A DNA stretch of 64,000 nt from Longimicrobiales bacterium (lineage in GTDB: Bacteria; Gemmatimonadota; Gemmatimonadetes; Longimicrobiales; Gaopeijiaceae), in contig OZ242008.1 in NCBI GenBank assembly GCA_965204735.1, forward strand, positions 2,336,001 through 2,400,000, in the 5' to 3' direction. Shown here one piece after another: positions 9,449 through 19,156 of the stretch. A program made the position numbers and the translations under genes. Each line of letters opens with the position of its first letter. Position 1 is the first letter of the stretch. The notes below the pieces were generated by a model that was not told where the DNA came from, did not search any database, and worked only from the letters and a program-made list of their open reading frames with translations.

Positions 9449-10759
9449 GTGGTGTCGAAACGTCGCGGATCGGGCGCCGTTGCGGTAGGCGGGGCCCTTG
9501 CGGTTGCCCTGGCGGGAGGCTTGTCGGCGCAGCCGGCCGGGGCTCGCGAGTCCCCCGCGCAGGCGGCGGACTCCGCGGCGGGTTCGGTCGCCGGGGCTTC
9601 CCTTTCGGTCCACCTCCTCACCGTGGGTCCCGGCGACCGGCTCTGGGAGCTCTTCGGCCACAACGCGCTGGTGATCCGGGACTCGACGAGCGGATACGAA
9701 GCCGCGTTCAACTACGGGATATTCGACTTCAACGCGCCCGGCTACGCCTGGCGGTTCGTTCAGGGGCGCATGACCTACTGGGTCGACGCCAGGCCGCTGG
9801 AGTCCACCTTGGCCGGCGCCCGGGCCGCGAACCGAGAGGTGTGGGCCCAGGAGCTGGCGCTGGGCGCGGAGCAGAAGGCGGAGCTGCTGCGGATGCTCCT
9901 GCTGGCGACGCGCCCCGAGAACCGGGAGTACCGCTACCACTACTACCTCGAGAACTGCTCCACCAAGCTCCGGGACGCCCTGGACGCGGTTCTCGACGGA
10001 CAGCTTCGGGCCGCCACCCAGGAGGCGCCTTCGGGAGCCACGTGGCGGGACCATACTCGGCGGCTGACCGCCCCCAGCGCCGTGGCCTACCTGGGGCTGC
10101 AGCTGCTCGTCGGTCCGCGGGGCGACGAGGCGACGAGCCGCTGGGAGGAGATGTGGGTCCCGGCGAAGTTGCGCGACGCGCTGACGGAGACGTGGATCCG
10201 GCACGCCGACGGAAGCCGGACCCCGGTGGTGCGCGCGCAGGAGCTCTGGGTGGAGTCGACGCGGGCGCCGGAGCTGGAAGATCCTCCGCCCTTCAACGTG
10301 CTCTTCCCCATGTTCGGGGCGGCGTTCGCGATCGTCGTCGCCATGGCGGGGTACTCGGCCGGCGGCGGGAGCGCGACGGGACGGGTGGCCCTGGCTGCGG
10401 CGGGGGCGGCGTGGTCCACCTTCTGTGCGGTGGTGTCGCTGGCGCTGCTGTGCATGCACTGGACCGACCACGAGTTCCTCTACTGGAACTGGAACATCGT
10501 CGTCTTCACTCCCCTCGCGCTGGGGCTGGCGTTCCTGCTCCCCCGAGCGTCTCGGGAGATGGAGACGGGCCCCTGGACGCGAAGGCTGGCCGCGACGACG
10601 ACGGCGCTCGCGCTGGGGGCGCTGCTGCTGTCCTTGGTCCCGGGGCTGACGCAGGACAACCGCGAATGGGCGGCGTTCGCGCTGCCGGTCCACTTCGCGT
10701 TCTACTGGGTGGCGGCCCGGATCCTGCCTGCTCGGGGAAGGCTCGTCTTCGTGCAGTGA
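9449..10759 (+). CDS. DUF4105 (Lnb-like) membrane protein
   Basis: GPG...WELFGHNA, FNYG.FDF, Y.Y.YY.ENCST, C-terminal TM helices; start uncertain. Confidence 0.85.
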   Translation: MVSKRRGSGAVAVGGALAVALAGGLSAQPAGARESPAQAADSAAGSVAGASLSVHLLTVGPGDRLWELFGHNALVIRDSTSGYEAAFNYGIFDFNAPGYAWRFVQGRMTYWVDARPLESTLAGARAANREVWAQELALGAEQKAELLRMLLLATRPENREYRYHYYLENCSTKLRDALDAVLDGQLRAATQEAPSGATWRDHTRRLTAPSAVAYLGLQLLVGPRGDEATSRWEEMWVPAKLRDALTETWIRHADGSRTPVVRAQELWVESTRAPELEDPPPFNVLFPMFGAAFAIVVAMAGYSAGGGSATGRVALAAAGAAWSTFCAVVSLALLCMHWTDHEFLYWNWNIVVFTPLALGLAFLLPRASREMETGPWTRRLAATTTALALGALLLSLVPGLTQDNREWAAFALPVHFAFYWVAARILPARGRLVFVQ

Positions 10760-11424
10760 CCCGCTCGGGCCAGGTGCGCGGCCAGGGCGCGGAAGGCGCG
10801 GCCTCGGTGGCTGCGCCGGTCCTTCTCCTCGGGGGCCAGCTCGGCGTAGGTGCGGCTCGCGGACGGGGCGAGGACGATGGGATCGTAGCCGAAGCCGCCG
10901 GCGCCGCGCGGGCTCTCCACGATCAGCCCCGGGGCTTCGCCGCGGAAGGTGGCGGGCGGGTCGGCGGCGCCGGGCAGCGCCAAGGCGGCCACGCACACGT
11001 ACCGGGCGCCGCGACGTGCCCGGGGAACGCCCCTCAGCAGACGCAGAAGATGGCGGTTGTTCGCCTCGTCCCGGGAGAGGCCCGGGTAGTCTTCCATGGG
11101 GGCGAAGCGCTTCGTGCGGACGCCCGGCCGGCCGGCCAGCGCCTCCACTTCCAGGCCCGAGTCGTCGGCGACCGTGGGAAGGCCGGAAAGGCGGGCGAAC
11201 CACTCCGCCTTGGCCACGGCGTTCTCCTCGAAGGTGTCGAACCGCTCCAGCCCATCCTCCTCGGGAGACTCGGGGACGCCTGCCTCGTCCAACCCGACCA
11301 AGCGCAGGCGCCGGGCGCCCCCGTCCGCGCCGGCGGCGGTCGCGAGGGCGTGGTTCGCGGCAGCCACGATCCGCCGGACCTCCGCCGCCTTGTGGGCGCT
11401 TCGAGTCGCCAGGACGAGCTTCAA
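10702..11424 (-). CDS. rdgB: Non-canonical purine NTP pyrophosphatase (RdgB/HAM1)
   Basis: LVLATR..HK, TFEENA..KA, ADDSGLEV.AL.G.PGV, GFGYDP, SHRGRA; TTG start overlapping upstream stop. Confidence 0.93.
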   Translation of the reverse strand: MKLVLATRSAHKAAEVRRIVAAANHALATAAGADGGARRLRLVGLDEAGVPESPEEDGLERFDTFEENAVAKAEWFARLSGLPTVADDSGLEVEALAGRPGVRTKRFAPMEDYPGLSRDEANNRHLLRLLRGVPRARRGARYVCVAALALPGAADPPATFRGEAPGLIVESPRGAGGFGYDPIVLAPSASRTYAELAPEEKDRRSHRGRAFRALAAHLARAGHCTKTSLPRAGRIRAATQ

Positions 11425-11924
11425 CCGCTCTCCCTGATCCTCTCGACCAGCGCCGTGCTCGAACGGCCTTCCACCAGCGGGACCGTGGCCACCACGCCTC
11501 CCCACGCCTTCACGAGGGCGCCGCCGGCCACCGCGCCGGCCGTGTAGTCGCCGCCCTTGACCAGCACGTCGGGACGCAGCTCGGCGACCAGGGCTTCCGG
11601 GGTGTCTTCGTCGAAGAGCGTCACGCCGTCCACCGACTCCAGCGCCGCGACGACCGTCGCCCGGTCCCGCTCTGGGACGAACGGCCTGTCGGCGCCCTTC
11701 CTCAACCGCCGGGCCGAAGCGTCGGTGTTGACGGCCACCAGCAGGGCGTGGCCCATCCGCCGGGATCGATCCAGGTACTCGACGTGGCCTCGGTGAAGGA
11801 GGTCGAAGCACCCGTTGGTGAAGACGAGGCGGAAGGCGCGGCGAGGGCCGAAGCGCGCCACGGCTTCGGCGCGGGAGAGGAGCTTGGCGTCGGGGGCGCG
11901 GGGGAAGTCTTCCGGCTCGGTCAC
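11421..11924 (-). CDS. rfaE2: D-glycero-beta-D-manno-heptose 1-phosphate adenylyltransferase
   Basis: FTNGCFDLLHRGH, N.D.S.RRL.KG..RP, FDEDTP, PDVLVKGGDY. Confidence 0.93.
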   Translation of the reverse strand: MTEPEDFPRAPDAKLLSRAEAVARFGPRRAFRLVFTNGCFDLLHRGHVEYLDRSRRMGHALLVAVNTDASARRLRKGADRPFVPERDRATVVAALESVDGVTLFDEDTPEALVAELRPDVLVKGGDYTAGAVAGGALVKAWGGVVATVPLVEGRSSTALVERIRESG

Positions 11925-11928
11925 GGCA

Positions 11929-12143
11929 GGTCGGTCACTGCGCGGGCGGGGCGGGGCTGGCCGTCAACGCCGCACCCGCCCACCTGGCCGGGTCGGTCAC
12001 TGCGCGGGCGGGACCGGGGGCGCGGCGCCGTGGTTCGGCGCGAACGGGGCGTCGTCGGCCGGCGCGGGCCGGCGGCCCGCGGGCAGGGCGTCGTGGACCG
12101 TCACCGCACAGGCGGGGCGTCGTCGGCCGGCGCGGGCCGGCGG
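11929..12143. repeat. Two pairs of short direct repeats downstream of / at the 3' end of the hemC-like gene
   Basis: ggtcggtcactgcgcgggcggg at ~11929 and ~11991; ggggcgtcgtcggccggcgcgggccggcgg at ~12046 and ~12114. Confidence 0.8.
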
Positions 12144-13021
12144 TGCGCGGGCAGCCCGTTGGCGTCCAGCTCGGCGCCTCGCCGGCGCAACGCCTCGGCG
12201 AGTCGCGCCGCCGGGTTGGGCACGCCGTCTTCGGTCGCCGTGACCGCTGCTCGAACGAGCCGGCGGCCGTCCGCGCTCACGACGATTCCCCTTAGGCGCA
12301 GGCCCCCCTGGAACGACAGGCCGGCAACGCCCAGGCCGGAGTCGGCGGGCAACCGCAGGGCGCGGGCCACCGCCACTTCGGCGCGAACCGCCCGCGTGAT
12401 GTGGCGGTTGACCAGCCGCCCGCCGGCTTCGATCGTCCCGGCTTCGCCCCGGCGAGCCAAGATGGCCAGCGCCGCCTGCCCCGGGGCGGGAACCCAGTAC
12501 TCTGGCGAAAGGACCTCGCCGACCCGCCGCTCGTCCGACGTTCCGGCAACCCGGTTCAGCGAGGTCGTCACCGCAGCCAGGCGGCCGTCGTCCAGCAGGG
12601 CCAGGTCGCTGGCCAGCTCGGTCGCCGGGACCGGCCTGAGATCGGGACGGCGGGCCCGGAGCAGACCCGCGGCCCGGAGGTCCGCCACCGCCACCGCGGC
12701 CCCGTCGGGAAGAGCGTCCAGCGCCGGCCGCGGCTCGCCGGCAGCCCCCAGCAGCGCGTCGCGGAAGTCGCCGCGCTCGGGAACGCCCACGATCTCGATC
12801 CGCTCGTCCAGGGTGTCCCGAACTGCTTCCAGGGGGCAGAGCGCCAAGTCCACGTCTCCCTGCACCAGCACCTGGAGCCATTCGGGCGTGCCGCTCGGAA
12901 AGTCCTCCGACGGGCCGCCGGAGCCCAGGGAGCGGAAGTCGGCCCGGGCGTCGTCCCCCAGGACGCCCTCCAGCCTGGTCCCCTTGGCCGGCCCGTAGAC
13001 GCCGATCGTCAGGCGCGCCAC
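12101..13021 (-). CDS. Divergent hydroxymethylbilane synthase (HemC)-like protein, catalytic motifs absent
   Basis: HemC scaffold (G.VDLA, PERGD.RDAL, PAPGQAALAI, T..AV.AE, L.L.GIV.S.DG) without HSxKD, GTSSLRR, RGN or GGC. Confidence 0.75.
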   Translation of the reverse strand: MARLTIGVYGPAKGTRLEGVLGDDARADFRSLGSGGPSEDFPSGTPEWLQVLVQGDVDLALCPLEAVRDTLDERIEIVGVPERGDFRDALLGAAGEPRPALDALPDGAAVAVADLRAAGLLRARRPDLRPVPATELASDLALLDDGRLAAVTTSLNRVAGTSDERRVGEVLSPEYWVPAPGQAALAILARRGEAGTIEAGGRLVNRHITRAVRAEVAVARALRLPADSGLGVAGLSFQGGLRLRGIVVSADGRRLVRAAVTATEDGVPNPAARLAEALRRRGAELDANGLPAHRRPAPADDAPPVR

Positions 13022-13093
13022 GCCGCCCTCCGGTGGCCGGGCGCCCGCCGGCGGACAGCCCTGGGCGACGGCTTCAGGCGAACCTCGCCGGCG

Positions 13094-14797
13094 TCACAGG
13101 AAGTGGAAGAGGAGGAACGCGGCCAGCAAGATCGCCACCCACAGGACCATGTTCCCCGCGGGCCGACTTCGGGCCAGCGACCCCAACGGACCGTGGACTC
13201 GGTACGCGGCCCGGAGCGCGCTGCGCATGCCGCCCGTCGCCGCCCGCCTGAACGCCGCGTCCGACGACGACGCGGCGCCGCCCACCCGTCGCACCAGCCA
13301 CGGCGCCGCCCGACGGTAGCTCCAGTCCGCGTCCAGGTTCACCGACGGTATCTCGGCCGGGTAGAGCTTCCACAGCTGGAAGGCCGCCACCGCCCCGATC
13401 GCGAAGGCCAGCAGCTGAAGCTGGGTGAGGACGTGTCCCCAGGTGTAGGGCTGGTAGTCCACCGAGTGGGGCAGCAGGTCGTAGAGGACTCCGGGGCTGA
13501 CGCCGATCCAGACGCACGCGGCCGCCGCGAGCGCCATGGCGGCGAGCATGTTGCGAGGGGGCTCCTTGGCGCGGATCCCCGAGTCGTGGGCAAAGAAGGC
13601 GAAGAACGGGATCTTGATCCCCGCGTGCTCGACCACGCCCGCCGACGCGAAGAGCATGACCGGCCATATCCACAGGTGCCCCTCGTGGACGAGGGCCGAC
13701 ATGATCATGGACTTGGAGACGAAGGCGTTGAAGAGGGGGACTGCGGAGATCGACGCCGCCCCGACGATGCACAGCGTGGCCGTGATCGGCATCGTCTTGT
13801 ACAGACCGCCCAGCTCCGACGCCTTCGTCTTCCCCGTCACGTGCAGGACCGCTCCCATGGCCATGAAGAGGAGGCCCTTGAAGAGCACGTCGTTGAAGGC
13901 GTGGGCCACGGCGCCGTTGATCGCCAGGGCGCTTCCCACCCCGATGCCGCACACCATGAAGCCGATCTGGTTGATCATCGAGTAGCCCAGCGTCCGCCTC
14001 AGGTCGTTCTCGATCACGGCGTAGAAGATCGGGAAGCACGCCATCGCCGCGCCGACGTAGACGAGGACTTCGGTGCCCGGGAAGCCCCGGGCCAGGGCGT
14101 ACACGGCCACCTTGGTGGTGAAGGCGCTCAGGAAGACGGTGCCGGTGGCCGTCCCCTCCGGGTAGGCGTCGATGAGCCAGCTGTGGGCCAGGGGGAAGGC
14201 CGCCTTGACGCCCAGGGCGAGGAAGATCAGCCAGCCGGCCGGGCCGTCCAGTCCCACGAAGCCGAAGGAGAGGTCGCCGCTTTCGTGGGCCAGGACCATG
14301 GCGCCGGCCAGGAGGGTCACGCCCGACACCACGTGGACCAGCAGGTAGCGCATCCCGGCTCGGAGGGACGCGGGAGTCCGGCGGGTCCAGACGAGGAAGA
14401 CGGAGCTGATCGCCAGCAGCTCCCAGAACACGAAGAGGGTGAGGAAGTCGCCGGCGAAGACCGCCCCCAGAGCGCTCCCCGCGTAGACCAGCCCCGCCGT
14501 GTGCTGCACCGTGTCGTGGTCCTTCTTCCCCAGATGGAGGGAGTAGACCACGGCGATGAACGCCGCCAAGTGGAAGAGGTAGCCGAAGAGGAGGCTCAGG
14601 CGGTCGGCCCGCACCGCCAGCAGGTCGTAGCCGAAGAGTTGGTAGGGCACTTCGTGGCCCGCCGGAACTCCCCACACGTTCAGCGCGCCGACGACGGGAA
14701 CCAGCAGGAGGAGCGCCTTCCGCGCAGGTCCTCGGACAAGGGGAACCAGCGCCGCCCCGGCGAAGAAGACGAGGAACGGGGGAAGGCTGCTAGGCAC
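13094..14797 (-). CDS. Mrp/Mnh antiporter-like subunit (MrpD/NuoL-family)
   Basis: FWELL, KAAFPL.HSWL.DAYP, LSAFTTK, YSMINQIG, HAFN..LFKGLLF. Confidence 0.9.
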   Translation of the reverse strand: MPSSLPPFLVFFAGAALVPLVRGPARKALLLLVPVVGALNVWGVPAGHEVPYQLFGYDLLAVRADRLSLLFGYLFHLAAFIAVVYSLHLGKKDHDTVQHTAGLVYAGSALGAVFAGDFLTLFVFWELLAISSVFLVWTRRTPASLRAGMRYLLVHVVSGVTLLAGAMVLAHESGDLSFGFVGLDGPAGWLIFLALGVKAAFPLAHSWLIDAYPEGTATGTVFLSAFTTKVAVYALARGFPGTEVLVYVGAAMACFPIFYAVIENDLRRTLGYSMINQIGFMVCGIGVGSALAINGAVAHAFNDVLFKGLLFMAMGAVLHVTGKTKASELGGLYKTMPITATLCIVGAASISAVPLFNAFVSKSMIMSALVHEGHLWIWPVMLFASAGVVEHAGIKIPFFAFFAHDSGIRAKEPPRNMLAAMALAAAACVWIGVSPGVLYDLLPHSVDYQPYTWGHVLTQLQLLAFAIGAVAAFQLWKLYPAEIPSVNLDADWSYRRAAPWLVRRVGGAASSSDAAFRRAATGGMRSALRAAYRVHGPLGSLARSRPAGNMVLWVAILLAAFLLFHFL

Positions 14798-15320
14798 GGC
14801 TCGCGTCTCCGCCGGCGCCGTCCGCGCCTTCGGCTTCGGGGGCGTCGGCTCCGGCGTTTCCGGATCCGGCGTCGTAGGCTTCGGCGTAGGCTTCGGCTTC
14901 GGGGGCGTCGGCGTAGGCTCCGGCGTCGTAGGCTGCGGCGTCGTCGGCCCGAGCGTCCCCGCCCCCGGCGCCCCTGCCCTCGTAGTAGTGCTCCGGCCGC
15001 ATCACCAGGCGCCGGAGTCCCTTGGAGAGCAGGATCAGGACGGATATGCCCGCGAAGCCCCACAGAGGGTAGAGCATCGGCAACGCTTCCCACGGGTGCT
15101 CCTCGTGGCGCCAGTGGCGGATCAGGGCCGGAACGTCCAGCAGGGCCAGGGCCGCGCAGAGGACGAAGAGGCCCCAGAGGATCCGCTTGGCCCAGGGGGC
15201 GGGCACGCTGTTGGGCCCGTGGCCGTGGCTTGCTGCGCGGTCGTGGCCCTTCTCGCGCGCCACGGCGCGGTCGGCGTCGCGGCCGACGGCGGGGGACGGG
15301 GGTCCGCCTTGGCCCGTCAC
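14790..15320 (-). CDS. Small 2-TM protein of the Mrp operon with acidic low-complexity tail
   Basis: GTG overlapping upstream stop; two hydrophobic segments then K.LR.LVMRPEHYYE; D/A/Y/E-rich repeated tail. Confidence 0.75.
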   Translation of the reverse strand: MTGQGGPPSPAVGRDADRAVAREKGHDRAASHGHGPNSVPAPWAKRILWGLFVLCAALALLDVPALIRHWRHEEHPWEALPMLYPLWGFAGISVLILLSKGLRRLVMRPEHYYEGRGAGGGDARADDAAAYDAGAYADAPEAEAYAEAYDAGSGNAGADAPEAEGADGAGGDASRA

Positions 15321-16768
15321 TGTCCGGTCACCATGGTCATGAGGCGGTAGAAGGGCTCCGGCCAGGCGAAGAGCAGCAGGCACGCCACGGCCGTCGCCGC
15401 GATGGCGGCCACCGACGGCGCCGGCGCCTCGCGGATCCCCGGCGCCGGCGGCGGCCCGGAAGGCGGGCGGAAGAAGCCCCGCACGGGAATCTCCACCAAG
15501 TAGGCCAACGAGAGCAGCGAGCTGAGCATGAGCACCGCCACCAGCCCCGCCTGCCCCGCCTCCAGGGCGCCGATGCCCAGGAACCACTTGCTCCACGAGC
15601 CGCCGGCCGGAGGCAGGCCGACGATGGAGAGGGCGCCCACCAGGAACGCAAGGAAGGTGACGGGCATGGCGCGCCCCAGCCCGTCCAGGTGGCTGATCTC
15701 GGTCTTGTGGGCGGCCACCATGATCGCGCCGGCGCAGAAGAAGAGGGTGATCTTGCCGAAGGCGTGCATGACGATGTGCATCCCGCTCCCCACGACGCCC
15801 CAGCTGTTCGCCAGCATCGCCCCCAGAACCACGTAGGAGAGCTGGCTCACGGTGGAGTAGGCCAGCCGCGCCTTCAGGTTGTCCTTGGTGAACGCCACCA
15901 GGGAGCCCAGGACGATCGTCGCCGCCGCGACCCACATGAGCCAGACGGAGGCGCCCGTCGCGGCCACGAAGTCGATCCCGAAGACGTAGACCGTCACCTT
16001 GAGGATCGCGAAGACGCCGGCCTTCACGACCGCCACGGCGTGAAGGAGGGCGCTGACCGGGGTGGGCGCCACCATCGCCGCGGGCAACCACCTGTGGAAG
16101 GGCATCACGGCCGCCTTGCCGATCCCGAAGACGAAGAGTCCCAGCAGCACCGGAACCGCCCCCGCCGCCACCCGACCGTCGAGGATGCCCCCGGCCCGGA
16201 ACTCCAGCGTGCCGGCGGCGTGGTAGGTCCAGGCGATCGCCAGCAGCTGAAAGACGATCGACGTGGAGAAGAGGATCCCCAGGTACGTCCGCCCCGCCCG
16301 CTTGGCCGCCTCCGTTCCGGCGTGGGTCACCAGGGGGAAGGTGGTCAGGGAGAGCACTTCGTAGAAGACGAAGAGGGTGAAGAGGTTGCCGGCGAAGGCG
16401 ACCCCCATCACCGAGGCGATGGCGTAGGCGAAGAAGACGTAGAAGCGCGTCTGGTTCTTCTCGTGGTGGCCCCGCATGTAGCCGATGGAGTAGAGCGTCG
16501 TGACGATCCACAGGAACGACGCCACCAGGGCGAAGAGGACTCCCAGGGGTTCCGCCTCCAGAACGAGGGGGATGCCCGGGAAGGGTTCCGCCAGCACGAG
16601 GCTCGGCCGGGCGCCCTCGGCCACGGCGCCGTGGATGCGGAGCACGATCCCGAAGAGGACCGCCGCCGCCGCCAGGCTGGCGCCCTCGCGCAGGTTCGGC
16701 CGGGCGCGCAGGAGAACGATCAGCCCCGCCGCCAGGGCGGGCACGAGAAGGGAGAGGACGAGGATCAC
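15317..16768 (-). CDS. Monovalent cation/H+ antiporter subunit D family
   Basis: FVFYE, GKAAVMPFH.WLP.AMVAPTPVSALLHAVAVVKAG, LAYSTVSQ; GTGA overlap start. Confidence 0.92.
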   Translation of the reverse strand: MILVLSLLVPALAAGLIVLLRARPNLREGASLAAAAVLFGIVLRIHGAVAEGARPSLVLAEPFPGIPLVLEAEPLGVLFALVASFLWIVTTLYSIGYMRGHHEKNQTRFYVFFAYAIASVMGVAFAGNLFTLFVFYEVLSLTTFPLVTHAGTEAAKRAGRTYLGILFSTSIVFQLLAIAWTYHAAGTLEFRAGGILDGRVAAGAVPVLLGLFVFGIGKAAVMPFHRWLPAAMVAPTPVSALLHAVAVVKAGVFAILKVTVYVFGIDFVAATGASVWLMWVAAATIVLGSLVAFTKDNLKARLAYSTVSQLSYVVLGAMLANSWGVVGSGMHIVMHAFGKITLFFCAGAIMVAAHKTEISHLDGLGRAMPVTFLAFLVGALSIVGLPPAGGSWSKWFLGIGALEAGQAGLVAVLMLSSLLSLAYLVEIPVRGFFRPPSGPPPAPGIREAPAPSVAAIAATAVACLLLFAWPEPFYRLMTMVTGQ

Positions 16769-18249
16769 GGCGTCGTCCCCAGCAGGGCTCGGGCAGCCTC
16801 TTGGGCCACCCCGACGGTGCGCCCGGCGTCGATGCCGAAGTAGACGTTCATCGCCACCAGCGCCCACGTCGGGGCGAGGAGGCTCCAGGGCGCCTCGCCT
16901 TCCGCCAGGGCTTCTTCGGAGGACGGAGAACGGAAGTAGGCGACCTCAACCACCCGCCACACGTACGCCAGCGCCATCACCGACGCGATCAGCACGACGA
17001 CCGCCACCGGCCACCACCCCCGCTCCAGGGCGCCCAGGATCAGGTACCACTTGCTCACGAAGCCGACGGTCAGGGGCACCCCCACCAGGCTCAGCCCTCC
17101 GACCACGAAGGCCGCCGTCGTGAGCGGCATCCGTCGGCCCAGTCCGGCCATGGCTTCGATCCGGACCGACCCGATCCGATAGACGACGCAGCCCAGCGCC
17201 ATGAAGAGCGCGGCCTTCATGAGGGCGTGGTTGAAGAGATGCAGGAGCGTTGCGGTCAGGCCGGTCACGGAGGCGAAGGAGAGCCCCAGGATCATGTAGC
17301 CGATCTGGGCCACCGAGGAGTAGGCCAGCAGCCGCTTCACGTTGGTCTGGAAGATCGCCACGAGGGACATGGCGACGATCGCGGCCAGCGCCAGCAGGAG
17401 GAGGAGCCGGTCCAGCTCCATGACGTCGAAGGAGAAGGCGGGGCCGAAGATCGTCAGGAAGAACCGCAGCAGCATGTAGACCGCCACCTTCGTGGCCGTG
17501 GCCGCCATGAAGGCGGTGACCGCCGAGGGGGCGTAGGCGTAGGCGTTGGGCAACCAGAGGTGGAGGGGGAAGAGGGCCAGCTTGAGGCAGAACCCGACCG
17601 CCAGGAAGCCGTAGGCCACCTTGACCGTGCGGGCGTCCCACACCTGGGGAAGTATCTCCGACAGGTCCGCCATGTTCAGCGTCCCCGTCGTCGCGTAGAG
17701 GAGCCCGATCCCGATGACGATGAAGGTGGCGCCGACGGAACCCATGATCAGGTAGCGGAACGCCGACGTGAGGGCGCGGCGGTCCCGTCCCAGGGAGATG
17801 AGGGCGTAGGCCGAGAGCGACGAGATCTCGAGGAAGACGAAGACGTTGAAGACGTCGCCGGTGGCGGCGATGCCCAGCAGCCCCGACAGGCAGAGGAGGT
17901 AGGCGGCGTAGAAGAGGGGGATGCGGCGTTCGTCCACTTCCCTTTCCACGCTGGCCCGGGCGAAGGACGCCACCGCGACCGCGATCGTGGAGACGACGAC
18001 CAGGACCCAGGCGTTGACCACGTCGATCCGGTACTCGATTCCCCAGGGCGGGGCCCAGTCGCCGATGGCGTAGGAGAGAGGACCCGAAGCCGCGGTCGTC
18101 GACAGGAGGCGCAGGCTGATTCCCAGGGCCGCCAAGCTTCCGAGGGCGGCCGCGCCCCAGGCGATCCGCCGGTCGCGCAAGAGGGCGCACACCGGGGCCA
18201 GCAGGAGGGGAACGACGACCTGAAGGATCGGAAGGTGGTCCGCCATCAC
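16765..18249 (-). CDS. mrpD: Monovalent cation/H+ antiporter subunit D
   Basis: GDWAPPWGIEY, GD.FN.FVFLEI, KLALFPLHLWLP.AY, LLAYSS.AQIGY. Confidence 0.93.
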   Translation of the reverse strand: MMADHLPILQVVVPLLLAPVCALLRDRRIAWGAAALGSLAALGISLRLLSTTAASGPLSYAIGDWAPPWGIEYRIDVVNAWVLVVVSTIAVAVASFARASVEREVDERRIPLFYAAYLLCLSGLLGIAATGDVFNVFVFLEISSLSAYALISLGRDRRALTSAFRYLIMGSVGATFIVIGIGLLYATTGTLNMADLSEILPQVWDARTVKVAYGFLAVGFCLKLALFPLHLWLPNAYAYAPSAVTAFMAATATKVAVYMLLRFFLTIFGPAFSFDVMELDRLLLLLALAAIVAMSLVAIFQTNVKRLLAYSSVAQIGYMILGLSFASVTGLTATLLHLFNHALMKAALFMALGCVVYRIGSVRIEAMAGLGRRMPLTTAAFVVGGLSLVGVPLTVGFVSKWYLILGALERGWWPVAVVVLIASVMALAYVWRVVEVAYFRSPSSEEALAEGEAPWSLLAPTWALVAMNVYFGIDAGRTVGVAQEAARALLGTTP

Positions 18250-18623
18250 TCGGCCATGCCGGCTTCGATCTCGTTGATCTCGTCTTCCTCGACCGTCCCG
18301 TAGGCCTCCTTGATCCGCACGGCCAGGGCCAGGCCCACCGAGGTGGTGGCGATGCCCACGACGATGGCGGTGAGGATCAGCACGTGGGGAAGCGGGTTGG
18401 AGTAGACGGCCTCCGGGTCGTCCACGAGGATCGGCGCGGTGCCGCCGGCGACCTTGCCCAAGCTGATGTAGAGCATGAACACGGACGTCTGGAAGACGCC
18501 CAGCCCGATCAGCTTCTTGATCAGGTTGCCCCGGGAGATCAGGACGTAGAAGCCCGTCATCATGAGGAAGACCACGATCCAGTAGTTGTAGCTGGCGACG
18601 ATGTGGGACCAGAGCTCGCTCAC
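18246..18623 (-). CDS. mrpC: Cation/H+ antiporter subunit C
   Basis: NLIKKLIGL, NPLPHVLILTAIVVG; GTG overlap start. Confidence 0.93.
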   Translation of the reverse strand: MSELWSHIVASYNYWIVVFLMMTGFYVLISRGNLIKKLIGLGVFQTSVFMLYISLGKVAGGTAPILVDDPEAVYSNPLPHVLILTAIVVGIATTSVGLALAVRIKEAYGTVEEDEINEIEAGMAE

Positions 18624-19156
18624 GCGTCCGCCTCCTCGCCCCCGGGCGCGCCGGACGCGCCAGGCGCGCGGTGTTCGTCGGCCGCCTTCCGCTCGCCGGC
18701 CGGCTTCCGCTTGCTGGGCGCAGTCCGGTCGCCGGGCGCGGCCCCGTCTCGGCCCGCGAAGAGGTAGAAGACCGTCGCCATGACCCCGAAGACGGTGACC
18801 AGGACGCCGGCTTCCACCAGGAGGATGCCGTAGTGCTGGCCGTGCTCCGGGTCGTGGGCCAGGACCCCGTAGCCCAGGTATGCGCCGCCGAGCATCATCG
18901 TGACCACGCCGGTGCCGGCGTACAGGAGGACGCCCAGCGCCGCGCACGCCTGCACGAAGCGCGGCGGCAGGACGCGCTGCACGGCCTCCACTCCGTACAC
19001 CAGGGTCAGGAGAACGAAGGCGGCCGCCAGGATCACCCCGGCCTGGAACCCGCCGCCGGGGCTGTAGTCGCCGTGAAAGTGGACGTACAGCGCGAACGCG
19101 ACGATGAACGGCGCCAGCGCCTTGGCGCTCACCCGGAGGACCAGCTCCTCCCTCAT
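18620..19156 (-). CDS. mrpB: Antiporter subunit B (MnhB domain)
   Basis: HGDYSPGGGFQAG; ATGA overlap start. Confidence 0.92.
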   Translation of the reverse strand: MREELVLRVSAKALAPFIVAFALYVHFHGDYSPGGGFQAGVILAAAFVLLTLVYGVEAVQRVLPPRFVQACAALGVLLYAGTGVVTMMLGGAYLGYGVLAHDPEHGQHYGILLVEAGVLVTVFGVMATVFYLFAGRDGAAPGDRTAPSKRKPAGERKAADEHRAPGASGAPGGEEADA

